From Auanema rhodensis (lineage: Eukaryota > Animalia > Nematoda), in contig OZ059896.1 of assembly GCA_964057225.1 (NCBI GenBank), positions 3,844,001 to 3,908,000 on the forward strand: a DNA stretch of 64,000 bases. The letters are read 5' to 3'. The position numbers were made by a program, and so were the translations under genes. Under the pieces are notes generated by a model. It searched no databases. It was given only the letters and a program-made list of their open reading frames with translations, and was not told the origin of the DNA. Below, piece after piece: positions 36,501-51,500 of the stretch (position 1 is its first letter; each line of letters opens with the position of its first letter).

Positions 36501-39500
36501 GATCGACGCAGCTTAAAAATCCGCATCGAATGCACTATACTACATTAAGAAAAGCTTAATACAAAAATTAGTTATGATCGTTTGAAAAATGATGCATTAG
36601 TGTATGTTGAGTTTCCATGTACACTCAACATTGCTTCCAAAAACATTTTGACAAAAATTTTCCCGAAAAATTTCAAAATAATTTCACAAAAAGTAGATGT
36701 TTTTAGATTCCTTTTTTCAAGACAAAGACGATGGACATTGTTATTCAACAAAAAAATTAATTCTTCACGGTGAAAATCGAGGATATAAGTGTGAACCTAT
36801 ATCAGTTGATATCTCGGTGCATTTTCAAGCTAGCGCAAATCTGATAACACAGATCGACGCAGCTTAAAAATCCGCATCGAATGCACTATACTACATTAAG
36901 AAAAGCTTAATACAAAAATTAGTTATGATCGTTTGAAAAATGATGCATTAGTGTATGTTGAGTTTCCATGTACACTCAACATTGCTTCCAAAAACATTTT
37001 GACAAAAATTTTCCCGAAAAATTTCAAAATAATTTCACAAAAAGTAGATGTTTTTAGATTCCTTTTTTCAAGACAAAGACGATGGACATTGTTATTCAAC
37101 AAAAAATTAATTCTTCAGGGTGAAAATCGAGGATATAAGTGTGAACTTATATCAGTTGATATCTCGGTGCATTTTTAAGCTAGCGCAAATCTGATAACAC
37201 AGATCGACGCAGCTTAAAAATCCGCATCGAATGCACTATACTACATTAAGAAAAGCTTGATACAAAAATTAGTTATGATCGTTTGAAAAATGATGCATTA
37301 GTGTATGTTGAGTTTCCATGTACACTCAACATTGCTTCCAAAAACATTTTGACAAAAATTTTCCCGAAAAATTTCAAAATAATTTCACAAAAAGTAGATG
37401 TTTTTAGATTCCTTTTTTCAAGACAAAGACGATGGACATTGTTATTCAACAAAAAAATTAATTCTTCAGGGTGAAAATCGAGGATATAAGTGTGAACTTA
37501 TATCAGTTGATATCTCGGTGCATTTTCAAGCTAGCGCAAATCTGATAACACAGATCGACGCAGCTTAAAAATCCGCATCGAATGCACTATACTACATTAA
37601 GAAAAGCTTAATACAAAAATTAGTTATGATCGTTTGAAAAATGATGCATTAGTGTATGTTGAGTTTCCATGTACACTCAACATTGCTTCCAAAAACATTT
37701 TGACAAAAATTTTCCCGAAAAATTTCAAAATAATTTCACAAAAAGTAGATGTTTTTAGATTTCTTTTTTCAAGACAAAGACGATGGACATTGTTATTCAA
37801 CAAAAAAATTAATTCTTCAGGGTGAAAATCGAGGATATAAGTGTGAACTTATATCAGTTGATATCTCGGTGCATTTTTAAGCTAGCGCAAATCTGATAAC
37901 ACAGATCGACGCAGCTTAAAAATCCACATCGAATGCACTATACTACATTGGGAAACACTCAATACAAACATTAGTTATGATCGTTTGAAAAATGATGCAT
38001 TAGTGTATGTTGAGTTTCCATGTACACTCAACATTGCTTCCAAAAACATTTTGACAAAAATTTTCCCGAAAAATTTCAAAATAATTTCACAAAAAGTAGA
38101 TGTTTTTAGATTCCTTTTTTCAAGACAAAGACGATGGACATTGTTATTCAACAAAAAAATTAATTCTTCAGGGTGAAAATCGAGGATATAAGTGTGAACC
38201 TATATCAGTTGATATCTCGGTGCATTTTCAAGCTAGCGCAAATCTGATAACACAGATCGACGCAGCTTAAAAATCCGCATCGAATGCACTATACTACATG
38301 GAGAAACGCTCAATACAAAAATTAGTTATGATCGTTTGAAAAATGATGCATTAGTGTATGTTGAGTTTCCATGTACACTCAACAATGCTTCCAAAAACAT
38401 TTTGACAAAAATTTTCCCGAAAAATTTCAAAATAATTTCACAAAAAGTAGATGTTTTTAGATTCCTTTTTTCAAGACAAAGACGATGGACAATGTTATTC
38501 AACGAAAAAATTAATTCTTCACGGTGAAAATCGAGGATATAAGTGTGAACCTATATCAGTTGATATCTCGGTGCATTTTCAAGCTAGCGCAAATCTGATA
38601 ACACAGATCGACGCAGCTTAAAAATCCGCATCGAATGCACTATACTACATTAAGAAAAGCTTAATACAAAAATTAGTTATGATCGTTTGAAAAATGATGC
38701 ATTAGTGTATGTTGAGTTTCCATGTACACTCAACATTGCTTCCAAAAACATTTTGACAAAAATTTTCCCGAAAAATTTCAAAATAATTTCACAAAAAGTA
38801 GATGTTTTTAGATTCCTTTTTTCAAGACAAAGACGATGGACATTGTTATTCAACAAAAAAATTAATTCTTCACGGTGAAAATCGAGGATATAAGTGTGAA
38901 CCTATATCAGTTGATATCTCGGTGCATTTTCAAGCTAGCGCAAATCTGATAACACAGATCGACGCAGCTTAAAAATCCACATCGAATGCACTATACTACA
39001 TTGGGAAACACTCAATACAAAAATTAGTTATGATCGTTTGAAAAATGATGCATTAGTGTATGTTGAGTTTCCATGTACACTCAACATTGCTTCCAAAGAC
39101 ATTTTGACAAAAATTTTCCCGAAAAATTTCAAAATAATTTCACAAAAAGTAGATGTTTTTAGATTCCTTTTTTCAAGACAAAGACGATGGACATTGTTAT
39201 TCAACAAAAAAATTAATTCTTCACGGTGAAAATCGAGGATATAAGTGTGAACCTATATCAGTTGATATCTCGGTGCATTTTCAAGCTAGCGCAAATCTGA
39301 TAACACAGATCGACGCAGCTTAAAAATCCGCATCGAATGCACTATACTACATTAAGAAAAGCTTAATACAAAAATTAGTTATGATCGTTTGAAAAATGAT
39401 GCATTAGTGTATGTTGAGTTTCCATGTACACTCAACATTGCTTCCAAAAACATTTTGACAAAAATTTTCCCGAAAAATTTCAAAATAATTTCACAAAAAG

Positions 39501-42500
39501 TAGATGTTTTTAGATTCCTTTTTTCAAGACAAAGACGATGGACATTGTTATTCAACAAAAAAATTAATTCTTCACGGTGAAAATCGAGGATATAAGTGTG
39601 AACCTATATCAGTTGATATCTCGGTGCATTTTCAAGCTAGCGCAAATCTGATAACACAGATCGACGCAGCTTAAAAATCCGCATCGAATGCACTATACTA
39701 CATTAAGAAAAGCTTAATACAAAAATTAGTTATGATCGTTTGAAAAATGATGCATTAGTGTATGTTGAGTTTCCATGTACACTCAACATTGCTTCCAAAA
39801 ACATTTTGACAAAAATTTTCCCGAAAAATTTCAAAATAATTTCACAAAAAGTAGATGTTTTTAGATTCCTTTTTTCAAGACAAAGACGATGGACATTGTT
39901 ATTCAACAAAAAAATTAATTCTTCACGGTGAAAATCGAGGATATAAGTGTGAACCTATATCAGTTGATATCTCGGTGCATTTTCAAGCTAGCGCAAATCT
40001 GATAACACAGATCGACGCAGCTTAAAAATCCGCATCGAATGCACTATACTACATTAAGAAAAGCTTAATACAAAAATTAGTTATGATCGTTTGAAAAATG
40101 ATGCATTAGTGTATGTTGAGTTTCCATGTACACTCAACATTGCTTCCAAAAACATTTTGACAAAAATTTTCCCGAAAAATTTCAAAATAATTTCACAAAA
40201 AGTAGATGTTTTTAGATTCCTTTTTTCAAGACAAAGACGATGGACATTGTTATTCAACAAAAAAATTAATTCTTCACGGTGAAAATCGAGGATATAAGTG
40301 TGAACCTATATCAGTTGATATCTCGGTGCATTTTCAAGCTAGCGCAAATCTGATAACACAGATCGACGCAGCTTAAAAATCCGCATCGAATGCACTATAC
40401 TACATTAAGAAAAGCTTAATACAAAAATTAGTTATGATCGTTTGAAAAATGATGCATTAGTGTATGTTGAGTTTCCATGTACACTCAACATTGCTTCCAA
40501 AAACATTTTGACAAAAATTTTCCCGAAAAATTTCAAAATAATTTCACAAAAAGTAGATGTTTTTAGATTCCTTTTTTCAAGACAAAGACGATGGACATTG
40601 TTATTCAACAAAAAAATTAATTCTTCAGGGTGAAAATCGAGGATATAAGTGTGAACTTATATCAGTTGATATCTCGGTGCATTTTTAAGCTAGCGCAAAT
40701 CTGATAACACAGATCGACGCAGCTTAAAAATCCGCATCGAATGCACTATACTACATTAAGAAAAGCTTAATACAAAAATTAGTTATGATCGTTTGAAAAA
40801 TGATGCATTAGTGTATGTTGAGTTTCCATGTACACTCAACATTGCTTCCAAAAACATTTTGACAAAAATTTTCCCGAAAAATTTCAAAATAATTTCACAA
40901 AAAGTAGATGTTTTTAGATTCCTTTTTTCAAGACAAAGACGATGGACATTGTTATTCAACAAAAAAATTAATTCTTCACGGTGAAAATCGAGGATATAAG
41001 TGTGAACCTATATCAGTTGATATCTCGGTGCATTTTCAAGCTAGCGCAAATCTGATAACACAGATCGACGCAGCTTAAAAATCCGCATCGAATGCACTAT
41101 ACTACATTAAGAAAAGCTTAATACAAAAATTAGTTATGATCGTTTGAAAAATGATGCATTAGTGTATGTTGAGTTTCCATGTACACTCAACATTGCTTCC
41201 AAAAACATTTTGACAAAAATTTTCCCGAAAAATTTCAAAATAATTTCACAAAAAGTAGATGTTTTTAGATTCCTTTTTTCAAGACAAAGACGATGGACAT
41301 TGTTATTCAACAAAAAAATTAATTCTTCACGGTGAAAATCGAGGATATAAGTGTGAACCTATATCAGTTGATATCTCGGTGCATTTTCAAGCTAGCGCAA
41401 ATCTGATAACACAGATCGACGCAGCTTAAAAATCCACATCGAATGCACTATACTACATTGGGAAACACTCAATACAAAAATTAGTTATGATCGTTTGAAA
41501 AATGATGCATTAGTGTATGTTGAGTTTCCATGTACACTCAACATTGCTTCCAAAAACATTTTGACAAAAATTTTCCCGAAAAATTTCAAAATAATTTCAC
41601 AAAAAGTAGATGTTTTTAGATTCCTTTTTTCAAGACAAAGACGATGGACATTGTTATTCAACAAAAAAATTAATTCTTCAGGGTGAAAATCGAGGATATA
41701 AGTGTGAACTTATATCAGTTGATATCTCGGTGCATTTTTAAGCTAGCGCAAATCTGATAACACAGATCGACGCAGCTTAAAAATCCGCATCGAATGCACT
41801 ATACTACATTAAGAAAAGCTTAATACAAAAATTAGTTATGATCGTTTGAAAAATGATGCATTAGTGTATGTTGAGTTTCCATGTACACTCAACATTGCTT
41901 CCAAAAACATTTTGACAAAAATTTTCCCGAAAAATTTCAAAATAATTTCACAAAAAGTAGATGTTTTTAGATTCCTTTTTTCAAGACAAAGACGATGGAC
42001 ATTGTTATTCAACAAAAAAATTAATTCTTCACGGTGAAAATCGAGGATATAAGTGTGAACCTATATCAGTTGATATCTCGGTGCATTTTCAAGCTAGCGC
42101 AAATCTGATAACACAGATCGACGCAGCTTAAAAATCCGCATCGAATGCACTATACTACATTAAGAAAAGCTTAATACAAAAATTAGTTATGATCGTTTGG
42201 AAAATGATGCATTAGTGTATGTTGAGTTTCCATGTACACTCAACATTGCTTCCAAAAACATTTTGACAAAAATTTTCCCGAAAAATTTCAAAATAATTTC
42301 ACAAAAAATAGATGTTTTTAGATTCCTTTTTTCAAGACAAAGACGATGGACATTGTTATTCAACAAAAAAATTAATTCTTCACGGTGAAAATCGAGGATA
42401 TAAGTGTGAACCTATATCAGTTGATATCTCGGTGCATTTTCAAGCTAGCGCAAATCTGATAACACAGATCGACGCAGCTTAAAAATCCACATCGAATGCA

Positions 42501-45500
42501 CTATACTACATTGGGAAACACTCAATACAAAAATTAGTTATGATCGTTTGAAAAATGATGCATTAGTGTATGTTGAGTTTCCATGTACACTCAACATTGC
42601 TTCCAAAAACATTTTGACAAAAATTTTCCCGAAAAATTTCAAAATAATTTCACAAAAAGTAGATGTTTTTAGATTCCTTTTTTCAAGACAAAGACGATGG
42701 ACATTGTTATTCAACAAAAAAATTAATTCTTCACGGTGAAAATCGAGGATATAAGTGTGAACCTATATCAGTTGATATCTCGGTGCATTTTCAAGCTAGC
42801 GCAAATCTGATAACACAGATCGACGCAGCTTAAAAATCCGCATCGAATGCACTATACTACATTAAGAAAAGCTTAATACAAAAATTAGTTATGATCGTTT
42901 GAAAAATGATGCATTAGTGTATGTTGAGTTTCCATGTACACTCAACATTGCTTCCAAAAACATTTTGACAAAAATTTTCCCGAAAAATTTCAAAATAATT
43001 TCACAAAAAGTAGATGTTTTTAGATTCCTTTTTTCAAGACAAAGACGATGGACATTGTTATTCAACAAAAAAATTAATTCTTCAGGGTGAAAATCGAGGA
43101 TATAAGTGTGAACTTATATCAGTTGATATCTCGGTGCATTTTTAAGCTAGCGCAAATCTGATAACACAGATCGACGCAGCTTAAAAATCCGCATCGAATA
43201 CACTATACTACATTAAGAAAAGCTTAATACAAAAATTAGTTATGATCGTTTGAAAAATGATGCATTAGTGTATGTTGAGTTTCCATGTACACTCAACATT
43301 GCTTCCAAAAACATTTTGACAAAAATTTTCCCGAAAAATTTCAAAATAATTTCACAAAAAGTAGATGTTTTTAGATTCCTTTTTTCAAGACAAAGACGAT
43401 GGACATTGTTATTCAACAAAAAAATTAATTCTTCACGGTGAAAATCGAGGATATAAGTGTGAACCTATATCAGTTGATATCTCGGTGCATTTTCAAGCTA
43501 GCGCAAATCTGATAACACAGATCGACGCAGCTTAAAAATCCGCATCGAATGCACTATACTACATTAAGAAAAGCTTAATACAAAAATTAGTTATGATCGT
43601 TTGAAAAATGATGCATTAGTGTATGTTGAGTTTCCATGTACACTCAACATTGCTTCCAAAAACATTTTGACAAAAATTTTCCCGAAAAATTTCAAAATAA
43701 TTTCACAAAAAGTAGATGTTTTTAGATTCCTTTTTTCAAGACAAAGACGATGGACATTGTTATTCAACAAAAAATTAATTCTTCAGGGTGAAAATCGAGG
43801 ATATAAGTGTGAACTTATATCAGTTGATATCTCGGTGCATTTTTAAGCTAGCGCAAATCTGATAACACAGATCGACGCAGCTTAAAAATCCGCATCGAAT
43901 GCACTATACTACATTAAGAAAAGCTTAATACAAAAATTAGTTATGATCGTTTGAAAAATGATGCATTAGTGTATGTTGAGTTTCCATGTACACTCAACAT
44001 TGCTTCCAAAAACATTTTGACAAAAATTTTCCCGAAAAATTTCAAAATAATTTCACAAAAAGTAGATGTTTTTAGATTTCTTTTTTCAAGACAAAGACGA
44101 TGGACATTGTTATTCAACAAAAAAATTAATTCTTCAGGGTGAAAATCGAGGATATAAGTGTGAACTTATATCAGTTGATATCTCGGTGCATTTTTAAGCT
44201 AGCGCAAATCTGATAACACAGATCGACGCAGCTTAAAAATCCACATCGAATGCACTATACTACATTGGGAAACACTCAATACAAACATTAGTTATGATCG
44301 TTTGAAAAATGATGCATTAGTGTATGTTGAGTTTCCATGTACACTCAACATTGCTTCCAAAAACATTTTGACAAAAATTTTCCCGAAAAATTTCAAAATA
44401 ATTTCACAAAAAGTAGATGTTTTTAGATTCCTTTTTTCAAGACAAAGACGATGGACATTGTTATTCAACAAAAAAATTAATTCTTCAGGGTGAAAATCGA
44501 GGATATAAGTGTGAACCTATATCAGTTGATATCTCGGTGCATTTTCAAGCTAGCGCAAATCTGATAACACAGATCGACGCAGCTTAAAAATCCGCATCGA
44601 ATGCACTATACTACATGGAGAAACGCTCAATACAAAAATTAGTTATGATCGTTTGAAAAATGATGCATTAGTGTATGTTGAGTTTCCATGTACACTCAAC
44701 AATGCTTCCAAAAACATTTTGACAAAAATTTTCCCGAAAAATTTCAAAATAATTTCACAAAAAGTAGATGTTTTTAGATTCCTTTTTTCAAGACAAAGAC
44801 GATGGACATTGTTATTCAACAAAAAAATTAATTCTTCACGGTGAAAATCGAGGATATAAGTGTGAACCTATATCAGTTGATATCTCGGTGCATTTTCAAG
44901 CTAGCGCAAATCTGATAACACAGATCGACGCAGCTTAAAAATCCGCATCGAATGCACTATACTACATTAAGAAAAGCTTAATACAAAAATTAGTTATGAT
45001 CGTTTGAAAAATGATGCATTAGTGTATGTTGAGTTTCCATGTACACTCAACATTGCTTCCAAAAACATTTTGACAAAAATTTTCCCGAAAAATTTCAAAA
45101 TAATTTCACAAAAAGTAGATGTTTTTAGATTCCTTTTTTCAAGACAAAGACGATGGACATTGTTATTCAACAAAAAAATTAATTCTTCAGGGTGAAAATC
45201 GAGGATATAAGTGTGAACCTATATCAGTTGATATCTCGGTGCATTTTCAAGCTAGCGCAAATCTGATAACACAGATCGACGCAGCTTAAAAATCCGCATC
45301 GAATGCACTATACTACATGGAGAAACGCTCAATACAAAAATTAGTTATGATCGTTTGAAAAATGATGCATTAGTGTATGTTGAGTTTCCATGTACACTCA
45401 ACAATGCTTCCAAAAACATTTTGACAAAAATTTTCCCGAAAAATTTCAAAATAATTTCACAAAAAGTAGATGTTTTTAGATTCCTTTTTTCAAGACAAAG

Positions 45501-48500
45501 ACGATGGACATTGTTATTCAACAAAAAAATTAATTCTTCACGGTGAAAATCGAGGATATAAGTGTGAACCTATATCAGTTGATATCTCGGTGCATTTTCA
45601 AGCTAGCGCAAATCTGATAACACAGATCGACGCAGCTTAAAAATCCGCATCGAATGCACTATACTACATTAAGAAAAGCTTAATACAAAAATTAGTTATG
45701 ATCGTTTGAAAAATGATGCATTAGTGTATGTTGAGTTTCCATGTACACTCAACATTGCTTCCAAAAACATTTTGACAAAAATTTTCCCGAAAAATTTCAA
45801 AATAATTTCACAAAAAGTAGATGTTTTTAGATTCCTTTTTTCAAGACAAAGACGATGGACATTGTTATTCAACAAAAAAATTAATTCTTCAGGGTGAAAA
45901 TCGAGGATATAAGTGTGAACTTATATCAGTTGATATCTCGGTGCATTTTTAAGCTAGCGCAAATCTGATAACACAGATCGACGCAGCTTAAAAATCCGCA
46001 TCGAATGCACTATACTACATTGGGAAACACTCAATACAAAAATTAGTTATGATCGTTTGAAAAATGATGCATTAGTGTATGTTGAGTTTCCATGTACACT
46101 CAACAATGCTTCCAAAAACATTTTGACAAAAATTTTCCCGAAAAATTTCAAAATAATTTCACAAAAAGTAGATGTTTTTAGATTCCTTTTTTCAAGACAA
46201 AGACGATGGACATTGTTATTCAACAAAAAAATTAATTCTTCACGGTGAAAATCGAGGATATAAGTGTGAACCTATATCAGTTGATATCTCGGTGCATTTT
46301 CAAGCTAGCGCAAATCTGATAACACAGATCGACGCAGCTTAAAAATCCGCATCGAATGCACTATACTACATTAAGAAAAGCTTAATACAAAAATTAGTTA
46401 TGATCGTTTGAAAAATGATGCATTAGTGTATGTTGAGTTTCCATGTACACTCAACATTGCTTCCAAAAACATTTTGACAAAAATTTTCCCGAAAAATTTC
46501 AAAATAATTTCACAAAAAGTAGATGTTTTTAGATTCCTTTTTTCAAGACAAAGACGATGGACATTGTTATTCAACAAAAAAATTAATTCTTCACGGTGAA
46601 AATCGAGGATATAAGTGTGAACCTATATCAGTTGATATCTCGGTGCATTTTCAAGCTAGCGCAAATCTGATAACACAGATCGACGCAGCTTAAAAATCCG
46701 CATCGAATGCACTATACTACATTAAGAAAAGCTTAATACAAAAATTAGTTATGATCGTTTGAAAAATGATGCATTAGTGTATGTTGAGTTTCCATGTACA
46801 CTCAACATTGCTTCCAAAAACATTTTGACAAAAATTTTCCCGAAAAATTTCAAAATAATTTCACAAAAAGTAGATGTTTTTAGATTCCTTTTTTCAAGAC
46901 AAAGACGATGGACATTGTTATTCAACAAAAAATTAATTCTTCAGGGTGAAAATCGAGGATATAAGTGTGAACTTATATCAGTTGATATCTCGGTGCATTT
47001 TTAAGCTAGCGCAAATCTGATAACACAGATCGACGCAGCTTAAAAATCCGCATCGAATGCACTATACTACATTAAGAAAAGCTTAATACAAAAATTAGTT
47101 ATGATCGTTTGAAAAATGATGCATTAGTGTATGTTGAGTTTCCATGTACACTCAACATTGCTTCCAAAAACATTTTGACAAAAATTTTCCCGAAAAATTT
47201 CAAAATAATTTCACAAAAAGTAGATGTTTTTAGATTTCTTTTTTCAAGACAAAGACGATGGACATTGTTATTCAACAAAAAAATTAATTCTTCAGGGTGA
47301 AAATCGAGGATATAAGTGTGAACTTATATCAGTTGATATCTCGGTGCATTTTTAAGCTAGCGCAAATCTGATAACACAGATCGACGCAGCTTAAAAATCC
47401 ACATCGAATGCACTATACTACATTGGGAAACACTCAATACAAACATTAGTTATGATCGTTTGAAAAATGATGCATTAGTGTATGTTGAGTTTCCATGTAC
47501 ACTCAACATTGCTTCCAAAAACATTTTGACAAAAATTTTCCCGAAAAATTTCAAAATAATTTCACAAAAAGTAGATGTTTTTAGATTCCTTTTTTCAAGA
47601 CAAAGACGATGGACATTGTTATTCAACAAAAAAATTAATTCTTCAGGGTGAAAATCGAGGATATAAGTGTGAACCTATATCAGTTGATATCTCGGTGCAT
47701 TTTCAAGCTAGCGCAAATCTGATAACACAGATCGACGCAGCTTAAAAATCCGCATCGAATGCACTATACTACATGGAGAAACGCTCAATACAAAAATTAG
47801 TTATGATCGTTTGAAAAATGATGCATTAGTGTATGTTGAGTTTCCATGTACACTCAACAATGCTTCCAAAAACATTTTGACAAAAATTTTCCCGAAAAAT
47901 TTCAAAATAATTTCACAAAAAGTAGATGTTTTTAGATTCCTTTTTTCAAGACAAAGACGATGGACATTGTTATTCAACAAAAAAATTAATTCTTCACGGT
48001 GAAAATCGAGGATATAAGTGTGAACCTATATCAGTTGATATCTCGGTGCATTTTCAAGCTAGCGCAAATCTGATAACACAGATCGACGCAGCTTAAAAAT
48101 CCGCATCGAATGCACTATACTACATTAAGAAAAGCTTAATACAAAAATTAGTTATGATCGTTTGAAAAATGATGCATTAGTGTATGTTGAGTTTCCATGT
48201 ACACTCAACATTGCTTCCAAAAACATTTTGACAAAAATTTTCCCGAAAAATTTCAAAATAATTTCACAAAAAGTAGATGTTTTTAGATTCCTTTTTTCAA
48301 GACAAAGACGATGGACATTGTTATTCAACAAAAAAATTAATTCTTCAGGGTGAAAATCGAGGATATAAGTGTGAACCTATATCAGTTGATATCTCGGTGC
48401 ATTTTCAAGCTAGCGCAAATCTGATAACACAGATCGACGCAGCTTAAAAATCCGCATCGAATGCACTATACTACATGGAGAAACGCTCAATACAAAAATT

Positions 48501-51500
48501 AGTTATGATCGTTTGAAAAATGATGCATTAGTGTATGTTGAGTTTCCATGTACACTCAACAATGCTTCCAAAAACATTTTGACAAAAATTTTCCCGAAAA
48601 ATTTCAAAATAATTTCACAAAAAGTAGATGTTTTTAGATTCCTTTTTTCAAGACAAAGACGATGGACATTGTTATTCAACAAAAAAATTAATTCTTCACG
48701 GTGAAAATCGAGGATATAAGTGTGAACCTATATCAGTTGATATCTCGGTGCATTTTCAAGCTAGCGCAAATCTGATAACACAGATCGACGCAGCTTAAAA
48801 ATCCGCATCGAATGCACTATACTACATTAAGAAAAGCTTAATACAAAAATTAGTTATGATCGTTTGAAAAATGATGCATTAGTGTATGTTGAGTTTCCAT
48901 GTACACTCAACATTGCTTCCAAAAACATTTTGACAAAAATTTTCCCGAAAAATTTCAAAATAATTTCACAAAAAGTAGATGTTTTTAGATTCCTTTTTTC
49001 AAGACAAAGACGATGGACATTGTTATTCAACAAAAAAATTAATTCTTCAGGGTGAAAATCGAGGATATAAGTGTGAACTTATATCAGTTGATATCTCGGT
49101 GCATTTTTAAGCTAGCGCAAATCTGATAACACAGATCGACGCAGCTTAAAAATCCGCATCGAATGCACTATACTACATTGGGAAACACTCAATACAAAAA
49201 TTAGTTATGATCGTTTGAAAAATGATGCATTAGTGTATGTTGAGTTTCCATGTACACTCAACAATGCTTCCAAAAACATTTTGACAAAAATTTTCCCGAA
49301 AAATTTCAAAATAATTTCACAAAAAGTAGATGTTTTTAGATTCCTTTTTTCAAGACAAAGACGATGGACATTGTTATTCAACAAAAAAATTAATTCTTCA
49401 CGGTGAAAATCGAGGATATAAGTGTGAACCTATATCAGTTGATATCTCGGTGCATTTTCAAGCTAGCGCAAATCTGATAACACAGATCGACGCAGCTTAA
49501 AAATCCGCATCGAATGCACTATACTACATTAAGAAAAGCTTAATACAAAAATTAGTTATGATCGTTTGAAAAATGATGCATTAGTGTATGTTGAGTTTCC
49601 ATGTACACTCAACATTGCTTCCAAAAACATTTTGACAAAAATTTTCCCGAAAAATTTCAAAATAATTTCACAAAAAGTAGATGTTTTTAGATTCCTTTTT
49701 TCAAGACAAAGACGATGGACATTGTTATTCAACAAAAAAATTAATTCTTCAGGGTGAAAATCGAGGATATAAGTGTGAACTTATATCAGTTGATATCTCG
49801 GTGCATTTTCAAGCTAGCGCAAATCTGATAACACAGATCGACGCAGCTTAAAAATCCGCATCGAATGCACTATACTACATTAAGAAAAGCTTAATACAAA
49901 AATTAGTTATGATCGTTTGAAAAATGATGCATTAGTGTATGTTGAGTTTCCATGTACACTCAACATTGCTTCCAAAAACATTTTGACAAAAATTTTCCCG
50001 AAAAATTTCAAAATAATTTCACAAAAAGTAGATGTTTTTAGATTCCTTTTTTCAAGACAAAGACGATGGACATTGTTATTCAACAAAAAAATTAATTCTT
50101 CAGGGTGAAAATCGAGGATATAAGTGTGAACTTATATCAGTTGATATCTCGGTGCATTTTCAAGCTAGCGCAAATCTGATAACACAGATCGACGCAGCTT
50201 AAAAATCCGCATCGAATGCACTATACTACATTAAGAAAAGCTTAATACAAAAATTAGTTATGATCGTTTGAAAAATGATGCATTAGTGTATGTTGAGTTT
50301 CCATGTACACTCAAAATTGCTTCCAAAAACATTTTGACAAAAATTTTCCCGAAAAATTTCAAAATAATTTCACAAAAAGTAGATGTTTTTAGATTCCTTT
50401 TTTCAAGACAAAGACGATGGACATTGTTATTCAACAAAAAATTAATTCTTCAGGGTGAAAATCGAGGATATAAGTGTGAACTTATATCAGTTGATATCTC
50501 GGTGCATTTTTAAGCTAGCGCAAATCTGATAACACAGATCGACGCAGCTTAAAAATCCGCATCGAATGCACTATACTACATTAAGAAAAGCTTAATACAA
50601 AAATTAGTTATGATCGTTTGAAAAATGATGCATTAGTGTATGTTGAGTTTCCATGTACACTCAACATTGCTTCCAAAAACATTTTGACAAAAATTTTCCC
50701 GAAAAATTTCAAAATAATTTCACAAAAAGTAGATGTTTTTAGATTTCTTTTTTCAAGACAAAGACGATGGACATTGTTATTCAACAAAAAAATTAATTCT
50801 TCAGGGTGAAAATCGAGGATATAAGTGTGAACTTATATCAGTTGATATCTCGGTGCATTTTTAAGCTAGCGCAAATCTGATAACACAGATCGACGCAGCT
50901 TAAAAATCCACATCGAATGCACTATACTACATTGGGAAACACTCAATACAAACATTAGTTATGATCGTTTGAAAAATGATGCATTAGTGTATGTTGAGTT
51001 TCCATGTACACTCAACAATGCTTCCAAAAACATTTTGACAAAAATTTTCCCGAAAAATTTCAAAATAATTTCACAAAAAGTAGATGTTTTTAGATTCCTT
51101 TTTTCAAGACAAAGACGATGGACATTGTTATTCAACAAAAAAATTAATTCTTCACGGTGAAAATCGAGGATATAAGTGTGAACCTATATCAGTTGATATC
51201 TCGGTGCATTTTCAAGCTAGCGCAAATCTGATAACACAGATCGACGCAGCTTAAAAATCCGCATCGAATGCACTATACTACATTAAGAAAAGCTTAATAC
51301 AAAAATTAGTTATGATCGTTTGAAAAATGATGCATTAGTGTATGTTGAGTTTCCATGTACACTCAACATTGCTTCCAAAAACATTTTGACAAAAATTTTC
51401 CCGAAAAATTTCAAAATAATTTCACAAAAAGTAGATGTTTTTAGATTCCTTTTTTCAAGACAAAGACGATGGACATTGTTATTCAACAAAAAAATTAATT